The notes beneath the pieces are model-generated. The model was not told the origin of the DNA, did no database searches, and saw only the letters and a list, made by a program, of their open reading frames with translations. Below, piece after piece: positions 60,260 to 64,000 of a stretch of DNA of 64,000 nucleotides. Source of the DNA: Basidiobolus meristosporus CBS 931.73 (lineage: Eukaryota > Fungi > Basidiobolomycota); contig MCFE01000114.1 in the NCBI GenBank assembly GCA_002104905.1, positions 1-64,000 of the forward strand, read 5' to 3'. Each line of letters opens with the position of its first letter. The first letter of the stretch is position 1. The translations under genes were made by a program, and so were the position numbers.

Positions 60260-60608
60260 GGTTGTAAAAGTTTTGGAGATATTGGAAGTTACTGGGAGAA
60301 CAAGTGAGTCATGTGGTTTTCACTTAATGATTTATAGAGCATAAAAGTACCATTTATGCTTTTACATGGTCTTAGTATAACCAACATGTAGAATAGGCTA
60401 AGGAGGGTCCTAAGAACATGTGTGCAAAGTTTGGAGCTGTTTGGACAACATATCCAATTTTCATGTTCTAGGTACCTGAAATTTGGTGAAAAATATTCTA
60501 AGTAAGTCCCAACAAGAAATTTGGTCAGTATTCTCTAGGACTTGAAGGAAATGATCTAAGTGACTATGTTAGGTGAATATTCAGGTGGAATTACAAATTT
60601 TTACAACA
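60260..60608 (-). mobile_element. Copia LTR upstream of the RNase H remnant (349 bp)
   Basis: Direct repeat of 59314-59662, clearly diverged; plus-strand right end TTACAACA. Confidence 0.8.
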
Positions 60609-60699
60609 TTAATGTGATATACCTTTATTTGAGCAACCTAACCAGCCAGTACATGCAATTGCCTTATTTGGCAAGAAAGTGGATGGTGTTTGGATGGCC

Positions 60700-61620
60700 T
60701 TGATGAAGACCTCTGTTGGCATTACCATGGCAGTACAGTGGCCTAAAGCTGGTCATGTATAATGCTACCATACCACAATGGGTATTCCATATATTGTACA
60801 AATCAAACAAAAACTATGGCTTCCTTAGCTTCTTGATTGCAAAGGAATAGTTGTCTCTATGTGTACATCTATCCTCAATATTCTCCAACTTTTCCTGGCT
60901 GTCCCCCATATATCAACTCATTGCACCCACAATGAATTTGAAGGTAACATTCTCAATGAGATTGGTAAATGGAAGTACTTGCAACTTAATTTTTTTTCCC
61001 AACTCCCCATGCATCTGCTCTGTAGAGACTCTAATGGTGAAGCAAGGTCCAACATACTCTGCGCATCAAGTAAGATTGAGTAGAGAATGGATGCAGTAGT
61101 GGAAGATATCTATGCATTCAATCTTATACTTGTGGCATAGCTGCTCAAATTCTGTCACACACTCCATGCATAAAAGCTGTCAATGTGTTAACTTTGCATT
61201 AGTAATATGCTTCTGGACAAATACTTCTACAATGTCAACATTTAACTCCAAATGATTCTAATGTACTCAGGGTTGAAATTGCCTCAGAATGCCACTTAAA
61301 TAAATGCACATCCAGTTCATTCAGTCTTTGCATTTGTATGGTTGAATGTATGATATATTCTGTATGTTCTCACTGTGCAAAGATGATGTACTTAGTGTTT
61401 GCTTTGGGATAGCATACTAATAATGTGTGTGAGTTGAGGAGCAAATCCCCTGGATCTCATACATTCAATAGCAATACCAACCATTGTGCCCAGAAAAGCT
61501 GGCTATCTTGCTGATGGCAGGGGCATCTCCAATGCAGAAGATAATATGGGCATTGACATGATGTTGTGCATCAACAGTTAAAACTTGGCCAATTTCACTC
61601 CATTAGAAAATCTACCACCC
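60700..61620 (-). mobile_element. Decayed CACTA/EnSpm-like transposase fragment (core 61445-61600)
   Basis: HIIFCIGDAPAISKIASFSGHNGWYCY*MYEIQG resembles the GDxPA..GHNG...CRxCxIxG motif of fungal CACTA-type transposases. Confidence 0.5.
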
Positions 61621-62277
61621 TAACTGATTTTCCCTAACTCAAACATAACTGATCCCTGTTATGGTTTATTTTATCACTTCTCAGAATCTATTTCTAGCTG
61701 TCACACCTGATCAGTTTTCATGTGGTCATTACATCCTCAACTGATCTGCTAAGCCTTTCCCAGTGATTAGTCATCTGAGATTTATCCAACCACTGAGCAG
61801 TTGCAAGACATCAGCTGATTAATGATGCAATTTTTCATTGATTGTATGCACCTATCAGCACCCCAACAGATTTCAATTAGTCCAGTCTCTTGGCACTTAC
61901 TAATGCTACTCAATCAGAAAAGTATAAATAAAGTTTACTGAACCTTTTGGTTTAGTGTGTTTCTTAACAAAATTAAGAGTTCAACAAATCCATTCTAGTT
62001 TCTACCTAAGCTTAGCATATCTAGCACTCTCAAGAGCACCAAGCCTAGCCTGCATAGCAAACTTACTCTGCTGCCTTTATAGCCCAACTCAGCTATACAT
62101 AAGATCAATATTTGATCAGAACCAATCTGCTAATATTTCTGGCACTCTTGAAAATTCCAAGATTCTACACTTAGTTATCACTTAAGTTCAGTTAACTCAT
62201 TCAAGAGTTTTATTACACTTTTATCTTGGATACAACATTTTTTTGTTGAATTCCATTACATTCAACCATATTACAAT

Positions 62278-63447
62278 ATGTCTTCAGCAGCAAGCAATCC
62301 AAATCTTTCCATGTTGGAAGAAGCCTGCAGAAATCACAAAGAACTAACTGAACAGCTTGAAAACATCATGCATGAAAGAAACACTTTGATGCTTGAGCAC
62401 TCAAAGCTTGCCAAGACAAGATCTGACAATCATTGTAGAGATGAACTTCTTGAAGTTATTTCTGGTTACCAAGATGAAATTGGAATTATTAAAGAAGCCC
62501 TGGAGAATGTTGCCATTGTAATTGACAGCATTGAAAATCCACCAAGCCTTGCTCAGCATCAGCCACCAAGAAGTCATGCCTTTGGATTCTCCAGATCTAC
62601 ATCTTGCTCCAGACCAACTGTGGTGGTTGTCCCAAGATCCTTGCCTCTTTATGCTGAAGGAGTCAATGCCAAAAAGAATCCTACTGAGTTACTTTACAAG
62701 TTTAGTCATGTCTTAGCCAAGCACCAGCTAGACCCTGACACTAATTGGGCTAGACTTCTGCCTCTCTGTCTCACAATGCAAGATGCTGACTGGGTTGAGG
62801 TGAACATTCCTTGCAATAGTGCATGGAAAGTTGCCCAGAACCTCTTTTGTGACCATTTTGAAGATCCCCTCAAGAAAGCTCATCCAAACTGCAACTTATG
62901 GAAAACTACAATGCAAAAAGGTGTATCTGTGCAACACTTCTGTGATAGATTCAAGAGACAAATGAGACTAGCTGGAGTTAGTGGTGACAATCCATTGCTT
63001 ACTTCTCATTTTCTTTCAAACTTTTCACACCAGCTACAGAGCAATATTGCTATTGTCAAAGCATGCAACACTGCATGTACCTATGACAAAATCTCAGAGA
63101 TATGTACACTTGCAATCACCATGACTGCAGCTGTTAGCCAGGCATCAGGCAACTCCATTCAAGATGCAGCAACAACCAGAAAAGAGCGCAGTCATATGAT
63201 TAAGAAGAAGTCAGCTGCTAGCAAGCATTGTGAGTGTCATGGAAGATGCTATCTTTCTACCAGTGAGTGCAAAGGCATCACCAAGCAGTCAAACAAGTCC
63301 AGAAACACATCAGAGAAGCAGCAAAACACCAAAACTGATCATCCATATGCTGATGACAAATGCTTAAATGTGGAAAGATGGGACATAGATCACCTGCCTG
63401 TCCTGAGAAGAACTCTACACCATTGGCAAAAATTACTCAGATTCTAG
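62278..63447 (+). CDS. Ty3/Gypsy Gag-like ORF (389 aa)
   Basis: NWARLLPLCL..DWV..W..F.DHF capsid-like segment and CECHG...STSEC knuckle remnant, directly upstream of the protease. Confidence 0.7.
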   Translation: MSSAASNPNLSMLEEACRNHKELTEQLENIMHERNTLMLEHSKLAKTRSDNHCRDELLEVISGYQDEIGIIKEALENVAIVIDSIENPPSLAQHQPPRSHAFGFSRSTSCSRPTVVVVPRSLPLYAEGVNAKKNPTELLYKFSHVLAKHQLDPDTNWARLLPLCLTMQDADWVEVNIPCNSAWKVAQNLFCDHFEDPLKKAHPNCNLWKTTMQKGVSVQHFCDRFKRQMRLAGVSGDNPLLTSHFLSNFSHQLQSNIAIVKACNTACTYDKISEICTLAITMTAAVSQASGNSIQDAATTRKERSHMIKKKSAASKHCECHGRCYLSTSECKGITKQSNKSRNTSEKQQNTKTDHPYADDKCLNVERWDIDHLPVLRRTLHHWQKLLRF

Positions 63448-63595
63448 ATGATCATTCAACCAATGATATGACAGGGTATGAGGAAGCATAGGAAGAACTT
63501 ACAGTTCAAGATTTTCACAACCTCTTTGAAATTCCGGCTAAAATGCAACTACCCAAGAAAAGAAGCAACCAATTGCGCAGCTAAAAGCTATAGAG

Positions 63596-63838
63596 GTGCC
63601 ACTCAAACTCAATGGCCAATCATATGTAGCACTACTGGATACTGGATCATCCAGCTCTATTGTATCATCTCATGTAGTCAAAGAACTCAATTTGGCAATA
63701 GAAAAGCAACCAGGAAAAATCATACCTGCAGCTAAGGACCTCTCAGCCCCAAGAATTGGTATCACCAACCCAATCAGCATACACTGCTATTCAATAACTA
63801 TAATCCATCAGAAGGAAGTTATTAACATTCCAGCATAG
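63596..63838 (+). pseudogene. Retroviral-type aspartic protease fragment
   Basis: LNGQSYVALLDTGSSSSIV. Confidence 0.8.
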
Positions 63839-64000
63839 TCTTTGCCTTGAAGAAGTTTCATCAGTACTTATGGGGTAACCCTTTTACCTTGTACACCAAC
63901 CACCAAGCCCTTGTCTATATCCACACTCAAAAGACTCTGACTCCAATGCTTACAAACTGGCTTAATACTCTACTTGATTAGGAATATTCAGTTATTCATT
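63838..64000 (+). pseudogene. Ty3 RNase H C-terminal fragment with a stop
   Basis: VFALKKFHQYLWGNPFTLYTNHQAL...WLNTLLD*EYSVIH. Confidence 0.85.

Larger units (their letters stand above)
61699..64000 (+). mobile_element. Defective Ty3/Gypsy LTR retrotransposon, running off the window end; putative 5' LTR starts TGTCACACC at 61699
   Basis: Gag ORF, retropepsin and an RNase H C-terminal fragment lie in the expected order; the LTR end could not be determined. Confidence 0.8.

Overview
Eukaryotic (fungal) genomic DNA. Short GT-AG introns of 56-77 bp with CTAAC-type branch points, fungal-type Ras and Atx1, and many secreted hydrolases point to an early-diverging fungus. Basidiobolus-like is an inference only. 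The dominant structure is a head-to-tail minus-strand array of proteinase K-type (S8A) subtilisin genes at 14.7-44.1 kb, with about 2.0-2.1 kb spacing: 12 full-length copies (one carrying frameshifts) plus 4 decayed relics. Coding sequence is almost homogenised, while introns and spacers are divergent and mosaic. A TTCC-N8-GGAA dyad recurs 335-410 bp upstream of at least 7 copies. Left of the array lie a secreted orphan whose apparent start codon is ACG, a GH18 chitinase, a decayed TE block with a solo LTR, an ApoD-like lipocalin, a bacterial-type FGE-sulfatase-domain protein and a small secreted protein. Right of the array lie Atx1, a MAPEG protein, a GH46 chitosanase (1-bp frameshift), a class 3 lipase, Ras, cytochrome c, a chitin deacetylase, a dual-specificity phosphatase lacking the P-loop Arg, and an unexplained GC-rich 3 kb. 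The window ends in a CpG-depleted TE block (Copia LTRs and RNase H, a CACTA-like relic, Ty3 gag/protease/RNase H). All calls were made by eye; no database searches were run.
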